DNA of 64,000 nucleotides from Thraustochytrium aureum (lineage: Eukaryota): the NCBI GenBank assembly GCA_012862495.1, contig BLSG01000198.1:64073-128072 (forward strand), in the 5' to 3' direction. The notes under the pieces were generated by a model. It made no database searches, was not told the DNA's origin, and worked only from the letters and a program-made list of their open reading frames with translations. Below are positions 23,755 through 36,800 of this stretch, piece by piece. The first letter of the stretch is position 1; every line of letters begins with the position of its first letter. The position numbers and the translations under genes were made by a program.

Positions 23755-26105
23755 ATGATGCGCGCTGGAGCTGTCCGGAAGGCGGCGGCCTCGGCGGAGG
23801 TGAATGGCCATGGGTGTCGGGCGCTGTGCTCGAGGGCGGACAAGATGGCCGAGTGGGAGAAGCTCGCGAAGAAGGAGGTGCGCGGAGAGTCGCTGGACAA
23901 GCTGACCTGGCACACGCCGGAAGGCATCAAGGTCAAGCCCTTGTACACGGCGGCTGACACGGAGAAGCTCGAAGAGCCGTCGCCGCCTGGAGTGTACCCG
24001 TACTCGCGCGGGCCGCGCGCCACGATGTACACGCATCGGCCGTGGACCGTGCGCCAGTACGCTGGCTTCAGTACCGCCGAAGAGTCGAACGCGTTCTACC
24101 GCAAGAACGTGGCCGCAGGCCAGCAAGGGCTCAGCGTGGCCTTTGACCTTGCAACGCACCGCGGGTACGACAGCGACCACCCCCGCGTGATTGGTGACGT
24201 GGGCATGGCTGGCGTGGCCGTGGACTCGGTGGAGGACATGAAGATCCTGTTCAACGAGATCCCGCTCGAGAAGATGAGTGTTTCGATGACGATGAACGGG
24301 GCAGTACTCGTAAGTTCGCCCGCTGGCCCGCCCGCTGGCCCGCCCGCACCACGGGCTTTGCCTGAAAGTGTGGGTTTTCTGACATGCATTTGGTCGCTTA
24401 GCCGTGCCTCGCGTTTTACATCGTCGCTGCCGAGGAGCAAGGCGTCGACAAAAAGCTCCTCACCGGGACAATCCAGAACGACATCCTGAAGGAGTTTGCG
24501 GTGCGCAACACGTTCATCTACCCGCCGCTGCCCTCGATGCGCGCGATCGCCGACATCTTCGGGTACACTGCGACGCACATGCCTCGGTTCAACTCGATCT
24601 CCATCTCGGGCTACCACATGCAAGAAGCCGGCGCGGACAGCAAGCTCGAGCTCGCGTTCACGATCGCGGACGGTATCGAGTACTGCAAGACCGCGGTGGC
24701 CGCTGGACTCGACATTGACAAGATCGCGCCGCGGCTCAGCTTCTTCTTCGCCATCGGAATGAACTTTTACATGGAGGTCGCCAAGCTGCGGGCGGCGCGC
24801 AAGCTCTGGGCCAACCTGCTCAAGGACCGTCTCGGGGCGAAGGACCCCAAGAGCTGGTTGCTGCGCACCCACTGCCAGACCTCGGGCTATTCGCTCACCG
24901 AGCAAGACCCGTACAACAACGTGATCCGCACGACTGTGGAGGCGATGGCGGCCACCTTTGGTGGCACCCAGTCGCTCCACACCAACGCCTTGGACGAAGC
25001 GCTGGGGCTGCCCACCGAGTTTTCGGCCCGCATCGCCCGCAACACGCAGCTCATTCTGCAGGAGGAGACAGGCATGACCAAGGTGGCCGACCCGTGGGGC
25101 GGATCCTACTTGATTGAGGCGCTCACGGACGACCTGTACAACGAGGCGCTCAAGATCATCGACGAGGTCGAGGAGCTGGGCGGGATGGCCAAGGCCATCG
25201 ACTCGGGCATGCCCAAACTGCGCATCGAGGAGTCGGCAGCCCGCAAGCAGGCCCGCATCGACAGTGGCCAGGAGACCATCGTGGGCGTCAACAAGTACCG
25301 CCTCGCCGACGAGGACCCCATCGACGTGCTCTCCATCGACAACACCCAGGTTCGCGAGTCGCAGATCAGGCGCATCGAGCGCATTCGCGCCGAGCGCGAC
25401 GAGGCGGCGTGCCAAGCCGCCTTGCCAAGCTCACGGAGAGCGCGAGCATGACGGTCTCCACCTCCGCAGGCGACCACCCGATCGAATCTTCTGCACCTCG
25501 CTGTCGAGGCCGCGCGGCTCCGCTGCACGCTCGGCGAGATCTCGGACGCGCTCGAGGCCAAGTGGGGTCGCCATGTGCCGCACTCGAGCGTGGTGCAGGG
25601 CGCGTACCGCAGCGAGTACAGCGGCGCTCCCGGGCAGGCGGCCACCGCCCAGCTTTTCGACAACGCGGTCAAGAACGTCGAGGCCTTTGCCGAGGAGCAC
25701 GGCCGCCGCCCGCGCCTTCTCGTTGCCAAGATGGGCCAGGACGGCCACGACCGCGGCGCCAAGGTGATCTCGGCCGGCTTTAGCGACATTGGCTGGGACG
25801 TCGACGTCTCGAGCCTGTTCTCGACGCCCGAAGAGATTGCGATCCAGGCCATTGATGCGGACGTGCACTGCGTGGGCCTCAGCTCGCAGGCGGCGGGCCA
25901 CAAGACTCTTGCCCCAGCGCTCGTGCGGGCGCTCAAGGAGAAGGGCGGCGACCACATTCTCGTCGTCGCCGGAGGCGTTATTCCGCCCAAGGACTATGAC
26001 TTTCTCAAGGCCAACGGCGTCGCTGCCATTTTCGGCCCGGGCACGCCTGTGCCCAAGGCGAGCGACGAGGTTCTGGCGGCCATTGACAAGGTCTCGCGCA
26101 CTTGA
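23755..26105 (+). CDS. MMUT: Methylmalonyl-CoA mutase (B12-dependent, probably mitochondrial); intron 24310-24401, indels near 25420-25490
   Basis: [42 protein letters not shown] and the B12-binding motif [12 protein letters not shown]. Confidence 0.96.
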
Positions 26106-26417
26106 GGAGCCTCGGACGGGCGTCGCGGAATCAACCCTGCGGCCAACGCGAAGAAGGCGCACTCGAACCAGATGATTTTCTTTTCCCGTGTCTGTTTTGC
26201 ATTCGCTTTTGCTGCTCCGGCCGGCGGGCCGATGCTGGGTCACGGAGCGCCCTCTTCGGCCAGCTTGCTGTTCTTGACGGCTTCAGCGGAGGGGTTTGGG
26301 CGCCCGAGGCCTGCTCCTTTCGCGCAGGCGCTAGGGTGCTTGATTCATTAAAAGCAGAGTAGGGCTGGGCGGCGCTCCAAGGAACGGTTGAAACTGGCCT
26401 TCTATTGAACATCTAGC

Positions 26418-26885
26418 TCACGAAACGAACCGCTTGGCCATCCCGACCATGTACTTGTCCAGCTGCTTGACAAAGACGGGGCTCGTGATCGGGCTTCCCG
26501 GCCTGTACATCGGGTTCTTCACCACTAGGTTGACGTACAGGTCGGAATACACATGGCGCAGCGCAGTCTGCACGTCCCTGAGCAAGTGGTCGCGGCACTT
26601 GGCCGTGTTGAGCACGAAGCGTATCCCCGTCGCTGTCTCAAACTGGTGCAGCGTGTAGTTGCTCGTCGAGTACGACGAAACAACCCCGCCGGCGCCCGCC
26701 GGCGGCGCTTCGCCAGCCGCGCTGCCCGGCGCCAGCTTGGCGGCGAGCTGTTTGAGCGAGAACAGCAGGCCAAACACGAGCTTGGGGTCGCCTTCCGCGC
26801 CAGCGTTGTGTTCGCGGTCCCACTCGTGGTAAAACAGGCACGACCCGCGCCTGTCGAACACGTAGAAATTGTACACGTCCAGCAT
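26418..26885 (-). CDS. TRAPPC1: TRAPP complex subunit 1 (Bet5, Sybindin family)
   Basis: YNFYVFDRRGSCLFYHEW, KLVFGLLFSLK, YTLHQFETATGIRFVLNT and YVNLVVKNP. Confidence 0.88.
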   Translation of the reverse strand: MLDVYNFYVFDRRGSCLFYHEWDREHNAGAEGDPKLVFGLLFSLKQLAAKLAPGSAAGEAPPAGAGGVVSSYSTSNYTLHQFETATGIRFVLNTAKCRDHLLRDVQTALRHVYSDLYVNLVVKNPMYRPGSPITSPVFVKQLDKYMVGMAKRFVS

Positions 26886-27959
26886 CCTCGCGCACCGCCT
26901 GCCCGGCCGCAGCAGGCCTCGCGAGCAGCTCGCTAGCTCTGCCTGCTGCAACCCCTGCGACAACGACGCGCCCCCTGCGCGTAGGCTACCGCCTTGACGT
27001 TACCTACGCCGGTATCTCACTTCTCTTGGTTAATTACCGCACGCTGCGGAATCGCGTGCACAACCAACAAATCGAGACTTCTCTTGATGGATTATTGACA
27101 GAGGCACACGCTCTGCCGCCGAGGCCGCCGGCCTCCGCACCGGCAGGCTGGCGCTGAAACGAGTACTTACTTGCTCAGCGCCGTGGATCTATCTGCATCC
27201 TCTACGACGTGCGTCGGTCTGCGGGCAGGCCTGCAGGCCAGCAATCGCATACTCGAGGTCCTTGCGCTGCTCTCCGTGTCCCGCGGCCGCAGGAATAACG
27301 GCGCGGGGTGTAGTAGAGTANNNNNNNNNNNNNNNNNNNNNNNNNNNNNNNNNNNNNNNNNNNNNNNNNNNNNNNNNNNNNNNNNNNNNNNNNNNNNNNN
27401 NNNNNNNNNNNNNNNNNNNNNNNNNNNNNNNNNNNNNNNNNNNNNNNNNNGTATCGACCGTCCTTCTTCCTCTCGACTGCTCGCGCCACTCGCGCATGTG
27501 CAAGCAGGAGCGCGCAGTAGAATCCAGCCAGCAAAGCCCACGGGGCGTGGCGTCCTGCGGGACGTTTGTGAACGCTTGCTTGCTGCTCCACCAGCCCGCG
27601 CGCTTCAATCGCAAAAATTGCGACGGCGCGGACCTGACTTCTGAATGGAAAGGACTCGGAGGGCGGTGGCGGCCATGAATGGACTCTCTTTCGATCAAGA
27701 GTTCAATCAACTTGAAGACGACGCTGAAATGCACGTGCCTCCGCCCGTCAGGACGCATTGCAGTGACACTTTGCTGCTCCATGCGCCGCGACAATCGACG
27801 TCCTGCAGATCCCCAACGCTGCAGCGGCGCTGAGCGATTGCAGCGGCGGCGGCGCGGAATCGGAGACTGGCTGGCACATCTGCCTGCATCTGGAAGAAGA
27901 GTTGACGAGCTCAAGTCGACGCCGCTCGAGCCCGGCGTGGGCGCAGCGAGCGGCACGAG

Positions 27960-29962
27960 ATGGGTTGGACGAGGAAGGTCGTTGCGGCCGTCGGCGTTGC
28001 GGCGGCAGCGATCTGCCTGAAGGAGTCGGCCGCGGTGATCATTGACGGCGAGCTGGAGGCGCGCGAGGTGGATACGCGGTTTGGCACGAAGAAGGACGAG
28101 TGGTTCGGGTGGTCGGTGGCCGCCACGGGGACGACAGTGGCTGCCGCGTCTGTGGACCCGTACTCGTCCCGCGGGTCGGTGTTCATTTATGAGCAGACCG
28201 AGTCGCTCGGCAAGTTTAATCTGATCAAGAAGGTGGACGGGCCCGTCGGCGTGTTCCGCTTCGGCGTCAGCATCAGCGCGAGCGGGGACAACCTGCTCAT
28301 CGGTGCCGACATCGGCAACGGCAAAGCCTTCCTGCTCAACAAGAACAATGGCAACTGGGACACCATGTTCGAGGTTCGGGGCGACGCAACCAACGGCGGG
28401 TTCGGCTCTGCGACGGCGCTGATGGGCTCAACCGCCGTCGTGTCGGCAGGGAGCGAGGGCGCCGTGTACGTGTTTGTCGAGAGCACGGAGAACCCCGGGG
28501 TCTGGGAGCGCGTTGCCAAAATGAGCGAGGAGCGCAAGTTCGAGTACTTTGGCTTCGTCGTTGCGACGGGCGGCGACATCGTCGTGGTTGGTGCTCTGAA
28601 CGCGGACGGGCAGCGCGGCGCCGTCTACGTGTACAGGAGGAACAAGGGCGGGCCCAACGCGTTTGGGCTAGAGCAGCGCCTCGTCGCCAAGGACCGCAAG
28701 CCGGGCAACTGGTTCGGCGGCTCGCTGGCCGTGAGTGAGGACGGCGAGGTCATCGTCATTGGCTCGAACGGAAGCAAGGGGGGAAGGGAGCCGTGTACAT
28801 TTTCGAGCGGGACGGCCGCGGCAGGTGGCGCCAGCGGAAGCGCCTCGTGGCAGACAACGGGTCCTCGAACGACTATTTCGGCGTTTCCGTGGCTTACAGC
28901 CGAGGCCGCGTCCTCGTGGCCAGCTGGGACGCCGGCGACGCGGACAAGGGCGCAGCTTATGTGTTTGAGAAAAACACGCGAGGGGACTGGGTTCAGGGCG
29001 TGACGCTTGCGGCGCCATATGTCAACAACGAGGCATTTGGAACCTGGGTGGCGCTCAGCGGGGACACGGCCGTGGTCGGGGACTACCTAGCTGAGAACGA
29101 CGACGGCGTCGCTGCAGGCTCGGTGCACTTTTACCAGATCGGCGAGTTCGCCGAGCAAGACCCGCGCCACTCGGGCCGCGCCGTCGTCGCCGTGGAGGCC
29201 ACCAGGAAATGTCTGCTGCGGACATCGCCCAGGCGGTCCTCGTCACGAACGCCCTTTTCAGCACGCTGGACCTCGGCCCCACGGCCTCGCAGGCCGCGTT
29301 TCTCGCTTTCGGTGCTGAATCGTTCAGCGAAATAGTGGCGCCCAGCCTGCTCACCGCGTCTGCAAGCCCGAGCCCGAGTCCCTCGGTAGTAACGAGCGCG
29401 GCTGACCTTCAGGCCGCCGTCACGGCATTCGGGGAGTCTATCGACGTCAAGGCGCTGCCCAAGAACGGGGTCGCGAGTTTCGAGACGCTCCTTGCCACTT
29501 ACGGGGGCGGCGTGCTCGCCGCGCTCGACCCGGCAGACCACCCGACGCTCATCATCATTTCGCACGGGCATGCGACAAACCAGGAGCGCGCAGCAGCTTG
29601 CAAGGCGCGCGCGGACCTCCGCGCGGCCGCCGAGCACGTCCAGGTCATCTGCTATTCGCCCGCGCTCCGGCGCAAGACCCCCCTCGGACTTGCAGCGCTG
29701 CATGTGCGACGCGGTCTGGCTCGCCAGCGACAAGCGCCGGGAGGACACGGATATCGAGCTCGGGCTCCAGCTCCGGAACTGGATCGAGCCGCTAGTCACC
29801 AAGAAACCCAACCCCTGCGCGCCTGAGAGGAGCAAGAGCAACTGCCGCAAGGTCCAGGCCAACCACAACGGCGATAACGTGCGACAGCTGAGCCGGCCGA
29901 TGTGTTACTGGGGAGGCAAGACCTGCATTCTCTTGGACCGCTACTCGCCGCTTTTCGAGTGA
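27960..29962 (+). CDS. Secreted FG-GAP repeat beta-propeller protein with C-terminal VWA-like domain; frameshifts near 28785, 29160-29210 and 29670
   Basis: Signal peptide, then about 7 repeats of FGxS(V/L)A...G(A/S)V(Y/F)(V/I)(Y/F), then LDLGPTASQAAFLAFG...TLIIISHG. Confidence 0.75.
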
Positions 29963-31067
29963 TGCAGGCGATCTGGGTACTGGGTCTAGTATGTAGCGAG
30001 TGGCCAAGGCAGAGGCAGGCCGCCTGCATGGCTTCGTAAAAATAAAATAACGCGGGCAGCAAAGGGGCTGAGCTGCTCAACTTTCTCAATGGAATCTCGA
30101 CCCTCTTGACGACCTGGCAAACCGGAGAAGGCATGAGAAAGACGAAGCTTACAGCGCCTCGGCCTTTTGCTCGACTCGGCTTGCACCTTGCCTCGCAGAC
30201 CTGGCAAGCTCTCCATGAGCGTCGAGTGCCATTTGCACATCAAGAGGCTGTGAGCTTCGGGGCGCGGCCAANNNNNNNNNNNNNNNNNNNNNNNNNNNNN
30301 NNNNNNNNNNNNNNNNNNNNNNNNNNNNNNNNNNNNNNNNNNNNNNNNNNNNNNNNNNNNNNNNNNNNNNNNNNNNNNNNNNNNNNNNNNNNNNNNNNNN
30401 NNNNNNNNNNNNNNNNNNNNNNNNNNNNNNNNNNNNNNNNNNNNNNNNNNNNNNNNNNNNNNNNNNNNNNNNNNNNNNNNNNCCACTCGAACAAGACGAG
30501 GACTGCTCCTCTGGCTTCGGCCCATCGGGCACCCACTGGCCTACGCACCGACTAGCAAGCGCGGCATCGGCAGCAGGTCGCGCAGGGTCAGGCGCAGCGG
30601 CCCATCCGTCGCGTCACGCGTGTCGTCCCGCCGGGCGGGTCGTCCTCGTGTCCCCTTCCCCCCGCCCGTCTCCGCAGCCGCTCCGCCTCCTCGCAGACCC
30701 GTGGCCGTCCTCGCCCGCTTCGGCGAGGGCCCGAGCGAGCCCGCGGGCGCCACGGAGTCCATCCACGCGGCGGATCCCGTCCATCCGTCCATACATCCAT
30801 CCATCATCTCAACGACGAACATTGCCGTGGCAGGTCCCGAACATCCTCCCCGTCCGCGAGCCCGCGCGCAGGCCGACGAGCTCGGAGCGCAGCAGGAAGG
30901 CGCGTGACGCAGTCGCTCGAGCGGGACCGGCAGGCGCCGGCGCGGTTGGCGGCGGGATCGGGCCGGCTGGACGACGCCGCTCTCGCTTGGGCGGTTGCCA
31001 CCCGGCGGCTTGCCCTGCGCAGCGCTTGCTGGCCGGCAGGTCGCTCGCAGGAGCTGCGCTTGGCAAT

Positions 31068-32606
31068 ATGGGCGGCAAGGGCGCTGCCGTGGACGAGGAT
31101 GCCTGCGGGGATGACTCATGGCTCGACGTCGCGGACCCGGATTTTGTGCCGTATGTGGTGACGTGCGTGCTGCTGGTGTGCCTCGGTGGGATCATGAGCG
31201 GACTGCAGCAAGGCATGATGCAGCTGGACAAACCCACGCTGCGCACGATGAAGGAGGAGGCATCGCCGTTCTTCAGAGGTTTGCTGCACCTCGTCGAGCC
31301 CCTGATCCGGCGGCGCCACCTCATGCTGGTGACTCTCCTGATCGCAAACGCGGTCGCCATGGAAGCCCTGCCAATCTTTATGGATGTTCTGGTCCCAAAG
31401 TTTGTCGCCATTGTGTTCTCGGTGAGCATGGTTGTCATGTTCGGAGAGATCATTCCGCAAGCGGTGTGCCTCCGATGGCCCGGCGAGCTGGCCTGCGTGT
31501 TCAGCCCTCTGGTCTGGGTCCTGCTGGTTCTTTTCTACCCCATCAGCTTTCCCATCGCCAAGCTTTTGGACTGGATGCTCGGCAGCGAGCACCACCACAT
31601 TTACAGCCGCGCAGGGCTCGGTGAGCTGGCCCGCGAGCACTCCAAGCTCCGCGGGCACGGCCAGCTCACCGACGACGAGCTCGACGTCATAACCGGGGCG
31701 CTCGAGCTCCACGATAAGGTGGCTGGAGACGTCTGCCTCCCGCTTGGCCGTGCGTTCAAACTCTCGTTCGAGGCAAAGCTCAACGACAAGGTTCTGCGGG
31801 ACATCCTGGACCACGGCCACAGCCGGGTGCCAATCTGGAAGGGCACGGAGGAGAATATCGTCGGCCTTCTGCTCGTCAAGCACCTCATCCGCATCGACCC
31901 TGACAACGAGATCCCGGTCAAAGACCTGCAGATCACGCCGGTGTTCGAAGTCGACGAGGGCGTCTCTCTCTTCGCGCTTTTGCGGCGCTTCCGGACCGGG
32001 ACAAGCCACATGGCCGCTGTGACGCGCCCGCCATCCAGCTCCCCAATGATCGGCCCCGACGGCACAGTGTACTACAAGCGCCAGCGCTCGCTTACCGAGC
32101 AGTCTGAGGTAATCGTTCTGAGTCGCATCGAGCAAGACCCGATCAATGCCGTTGGGATTATCACGCTCGAAGACGTCATCGAGCAGCTCCTCAAGCATGA
32201 CATCGAAGACGAAACCGATGTCTGGCGCCCAGTAAACGAGCGATTGGACGAGCGCCTGACGGCTGTGCGCGACCTGCGCGACGGTCTGCTTCACTCGCTC
32301 GAGCAAGCGCCAAGCGGCGAGGCCTCCGAGATGGAGCCGCTGGTCGGGTCCGAGCGCCACGGGTCGAGTGCGGCGCAAAATGGCTCCAGCAAGCAGCGGT
32401 CTAGCTCTGGTCGTTTCGAAGGGTCCGACCACCGCCGCGGCTCCACTTATGGAAGCCTGAACGAGTTCTCAGGGTTAGACCTCCCTCGCTCTGGCGGTGG
32501 CGAAGCTGGGCGCGGGCGCGGGTCCACCGACAGCGAAAGTACATTGCTCAAGCTCATTGGCGGCATGCGCATGGGGGACGAGGAGGCCTCGAACGGGGCT
32601 CCGTAA
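31068..32606 (+). CDS. CNNM/CorC-type Mg2+ transport protein (DUF21 + CBS pair)
   Basis: GGIMSGLQQGMM, HLMLVTLLIANAVAMEALPIF, FGEIIPQAVC, GHSRVPIW and GIITLEDVIEQLL. Confidence 0.93.
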   Translation: MGGKGAAVDEDACGDDSWLDVADPDFVPYVVTCVLLVCLGGIMSGLQQGMMQLDKPTLRTMKEEASPFFRGLLHLVEPLIRRRHLMLVTLLIANAVAMEALPIFMDVLVPKFVAIVFSVSMVVMFGEIIPQAVCLRWPGELACVFSPLVWVLLVLFYPISFPIAKLLDWMLGSEHHHIYSRAGLGELAREHSKLRGHGQLTDDELDVITGALELHDKVAGDVCLPLGRAFKLSFEAKLNDKVLRDILDHGHSRVPIWKGTEENIVGLLLVKHLIRIDPDNEIPVKDLQITPVFEVDEGVSLFALLRRFRTGTSHMAAVTRPPSSSPMIGPDGTVYYKRQRSLTEQSEVIVLSRIEQDPINAVGIITLEDVIEQLLKHDIEDETDVWRPVNERLDERLTAVRDLRDGLLHSLEQAPSGEASEMEPLVGSERHGSSAAQNGSSKQRSSSGRFEGSDHRRGSTYGSLNEFSGLDLPRSGGGEAGRGRGSTDSESTLLKLIGGMRMGDEEASNGAP

Positions 32607-32659
32607 GTATCCTGAGAACTGACACAGAGGACCGTGGACCGAAGCGGGTTCGTCGGTCT

Positions 32660-33813
32660 ATCTACTTGTTTCCTTTTCGAGCTACGAGGGCCAGACTAGC
32701 TCCAGGGAGGTGCGCGGGCGCTCGAGATGGAGATCCCACGATCTCGCGGACTGTGCCTTGCAGCATAGTCTCGCCCGTTCTGGCGTGGCTCTCCAGCTCG
32801 TCCATGTCTCGCACCGTCGCTTCGCGTGTTCGGCGTAGAGGCGCAGCTCAGCGGCAGCTGGCTCTCGAGCGTTCATTCCCGCAGGGCGCTGATCAGCCAC
32901 GACCTCGAACAGGGTGCGGTGGACGCCCTTGGCCCACGCGTTCACATTGCCCAACTTCAGGCGCACCGCCTCGCACTGATCGCACAGCTCGGTCACGTGG
33001 TTCGAGACGCCGCCGTGCCAGATTGCACAATTGATTTGCTTCCTCTGCCATCTCCAACTCGGCTTGGTGCATGAACGGTCTCGGGTCCCAGCGAGTATCG
33101 GAGCGAATTCTCTTGGCTCGACGACGCGCATTAGGCGGCGATCGTCCAAGGCCTCCTCGAGCGAGCGCCTGCTCGAGCAGACGACGCAGCCTGTCTGCCT
33201 GGGTGCGGGATTCAAGATATCCGAGTCTGCGAGCTCCACACGCGGCGGAAACGAGGGAGCGGCTTGCCTTGTAGGTGCCGCGAAATGGAGCCCTGGCGGC
33301 CGTCGTGAACAAGCCAAGTGACGTCCATGTCGGCCATCAGCGTGCTGCCATGGACCCAAATCACGTCATACAGTTCGCTCTGAACAGCCGAGCCCGAAAT
33401 GTTGAACCAGCTTTGCCAGGAAGGTGGGTTGGCCGACTGGACTTGCGCTTGACGCAGGAACTTGCGACCTCCAGGGAGCCTGCATCGGCTGCACGACGGC
33501 CCGCTGGACCTGACCATCGCTTCTCCTCAACCAAAACCGCCTCCGGCTTCTCGAAATGGCGCAGACGNNNNNNNNNNNNNNNNNNNNNNNNNNNNNNNNN
33601 NNNNNNNNNNNNNNNNNNNNNNNNNNNNNNNNNNNNNNNNNNNNNNNNNNNNNNNNNNNNNNNNNNNNNNNNNNNNNNNNNNNNNNNNNNNNNNNNNCTC
33701 GAAATGGCGCAGCGAGGCCGGGTCTGGGCAGCATGCGAGCACCACGCCCGGCGTCTGGTACACGAGCATCTCCGTCCCGTGACGTTGTTGCAGCTGTCTC
33801 GTTTGGACATCAT
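32660..33813 (-). CDS. Hypothetical protein, fragmented by indels and a gap
   Basis: Overlapping minus-strand ORFs with protein-like composition (WQSWFNISGSAVQSELYDVIWVHG; NCAIWHGGVSNHVTELC). No family recognised. Confidence 0.3.
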
Positions 33814-33837
33814 AAAATTTAACTGGCTTATATAGCT

Positions 33838-36800
33838 CTAGCTAGAGATGGGAGCTACGGCCGCTTTGCTCTTCGAGTGGGTAAGAGTGGGACGCTTGCC
33901 CTTCCCAAGTCCCCGGGTACCGATTCTCCCCGCATTCTCTTCGTCCTTGTCTTGCTTTGGAGCCTCGGGCTTGGGGTTGAGCAAAATGAGCCCAGTGCAG
34001 GGAAGCTCAGCCAAAGGGGGCTCCACTTCCTCAAAGACCGGCTTCGGCTTCGTGCGAGCGTTGCGGTACTTGAGATTGCGCAAGGCCCACTGCACGGAGG
34101 AAACTCTGTCGTGCAAGATTAGCAGAATCGTGATCTCTGTGATGATCTCATTAAAGTCGCTCCGCTCACTGATCCCATAGCGTTCGAAGTGCTCATCAAC
34201 GCGCATCAGCTTGTCCTGCAGCGGGTCCTGAAAGTCAAACATGTAGAACGGCGGCAGAGGCTCGTCGCTCTGCTCAGAGTTTGCCTTGAGCTTGTGCCAG
34301 TCCTTGTCAATCGCGAAAACCTTTTCAAGGGAAATCCCCAACGGACGCATCGGCTCGAACACAATATCGGCCAGCTCGTCCGCCATCTCTGTAAAGTTAC
34401 TCACTCCGCCTCGCTCGGGCTTGTGAAGCGAGAAGCGAAGCAGCAGGAAATGCAGGCGCGTGCGCGGTGAAAATCGCGAGCTAGAGAACTTGTTCACTGC
34501 CGACACAGTGTCGTGCATGCTCCGATCATGCGCTCTCCGATTCTTCTCATCGGAAACCGAGGCGTTTTGGAGGCGCAACACTTGCAAGAGCATGCCTTGC
34601 TCGTAGTCTTTGGCCACTGCTCGAATAAGGTCGGCTTGAGACGAGATCGCACCAACCCGAAACTTGCCGCCAGCCCCTTCCATGGCCCGCTCAATCGGCA
34701 GCGTGAACTCGGACTTCATCCCCACGGTCACGTTGAGCGTTGTCGACTTGTGCTTGTTTACGGTGTCGTAGCTCCGCTCGATCCAGCGGATCTGCTTGTT
34801 TACCTTCTCCTCGTGCGCGCCCTGTGAGGGATCAGCGAGGAGCGAGTCACCGAGGTCCACATTCGCCTGGCCTCCAGTTATGGATGGTCGGCGCGCCATG
34901 GACTGGTCCGCCTCGAGCGTCTCGACAGCGACAGAAAGAGGGTTGTACGGCTCCGAGACGTGCATCAAGCCCACACGCAGCAGGTTGGCGCGGTTTCTCA
35001 GCTCGGCCTTCATCTCGCGTTTCGTTTCTTCTGTCTTGCCCACAGAGACGATGCTCTCTGCGCAAAACGCGCTCAGCGTCGAGATCAGGCCGATGCCCAT
35101 CAGCATCAAAAAGAACGTCAGCACCCACGTTTCCACGCGCTTGACCTGGTAATCCCCGTAGCCCACAGTGGTTACTGTCACCATGACAAACCAGAGCACA
35201 TTGGAGAACGAGCGGAAATCCTCTTGCTCCTCCTGCTCGAAGATTTTAATGAAGATCGAGCAGGTGATGATGATGATCGTCACGAACGCGGAGAGGTACA
35301 GCATCGGCTTCTTCACCATCAGAGACACGAAGATCGCCTGCTGCGTGAGTCGGCGGTAGAGGCGAATGATGCGGAAACCTTTAAAGATGCCCAGCACCTC
35401 CGGAAACCTCAAAAACGTCAGCGGGATATCCGTGATCAGCGCCGGCACGTCGTACCAGTTCTCTCGAAGGAACTGAAGCAGAGTCGGTGACTCTTTGATG
35501 TTGCGTGTAACGTAGCGAGCAATCAGGTCCAAGAGGAAGAGGCTGAAACTGAAAAAGTCCGCCCAGATCACCATACGCTGCACGCGCGGGCTCACCCCAC
35601 CGTAGGGAATTGAGGGAAGTACGGCCAAAACCAGCGATGACACCGTCAGCATCGTCAATAGGACCTCTATTGTGGTATGGAGAGCTTGGAGCCGCTGGAT
35701 TCTGATATCGTAGACCGACCTGTGCGGGGCGCTCCCTCCACCGCCGGGGCCCTCAACCTGCCCAGCGCGGGCAATGGAAGGACTCCGCGGCAATCGCATG
35801 CCGTCACGATTGCTCGCGTTCATCAGGAGCTTGGGCTTGGAGCTCATCTGCTTGGCGAAGGCGCCATGTGCGCCCAAGAGGCCGGGGGCCAGCCTCTTGC
35901 CGCTCGCAAACTTAACGTTGGGGCTCGCGTTCAAGTTCCCCGCTTGGCGTCCCGCGCGCCCACTGCTATCTGTGCCTGGGGGCTTTGCAAAGAACATCGA
36001 GCCAAAGCCCTTGCCCGCCGTCGAGTTGCGCACTTCCGGAGCATCCACCTTCATGTCCTCTTCTTGCAGCGTGGCGAGGTATTCTTGACGCTTGAATAGT
36101 AGGTGCCTGTGATACTTTGCGACAGCTAGCACAGCCAATATGACCGCCGCATAGAACAGGAAGAAGGCCAGGTACATGATGAGGTCGTCCTTCACCTCCG
36201 GGAAGTCTATAAAGTCGGTCTCGTCCGCATACCCGTCGTTGTCACTGTCGTGTCGAAAGCCATAGTTGAAAGGGAACTCGTCGACAAAGTCAAGCACCCC
36301 GTCGTTGTCCTTGTCCAAGTCAAGAAGCTGAAAACTCTGCATCTCTGCAGCCCCCGTCTCTGTGTTGCCGTCCCTTCCTACCCAAACCACCGTATCGCGA
36401 TACACAGCCGCGTCCACGATCCTGCGTCCTGCCGCATGTGCACGCAGAGCGCTAGACTCGACCATGCAATGGGCCTCTCCGTCCACAAAGTTGAGTAGAC
36501 GCAACTCATCGCCCTCCAGGTCGTTCTCGCTGTGCCGCGAGTAGAGCAGCATCGACGCTGAAGTGCTTGCGTGAAACTTCAGCGCGGCCTCTGAAGTTGA
36601 GTTGGCCACATCAGAGAAAGTGGCAGGCTCGTTGACGTGCGAGGAGCGGATTTTGTACTGGTGCAGGTCAGCAGAGAAGACGACGACAAACACAAAGTCG
36701 CCGGCAAGCGCCAGGTCGAAGAGTTCTGTAAACGAACCGTCCTCCCAAGCGCTCGAAGGGACCTCGTACAAGTCTCTGCGCGGAAGTTGGAGCAAAGTGA

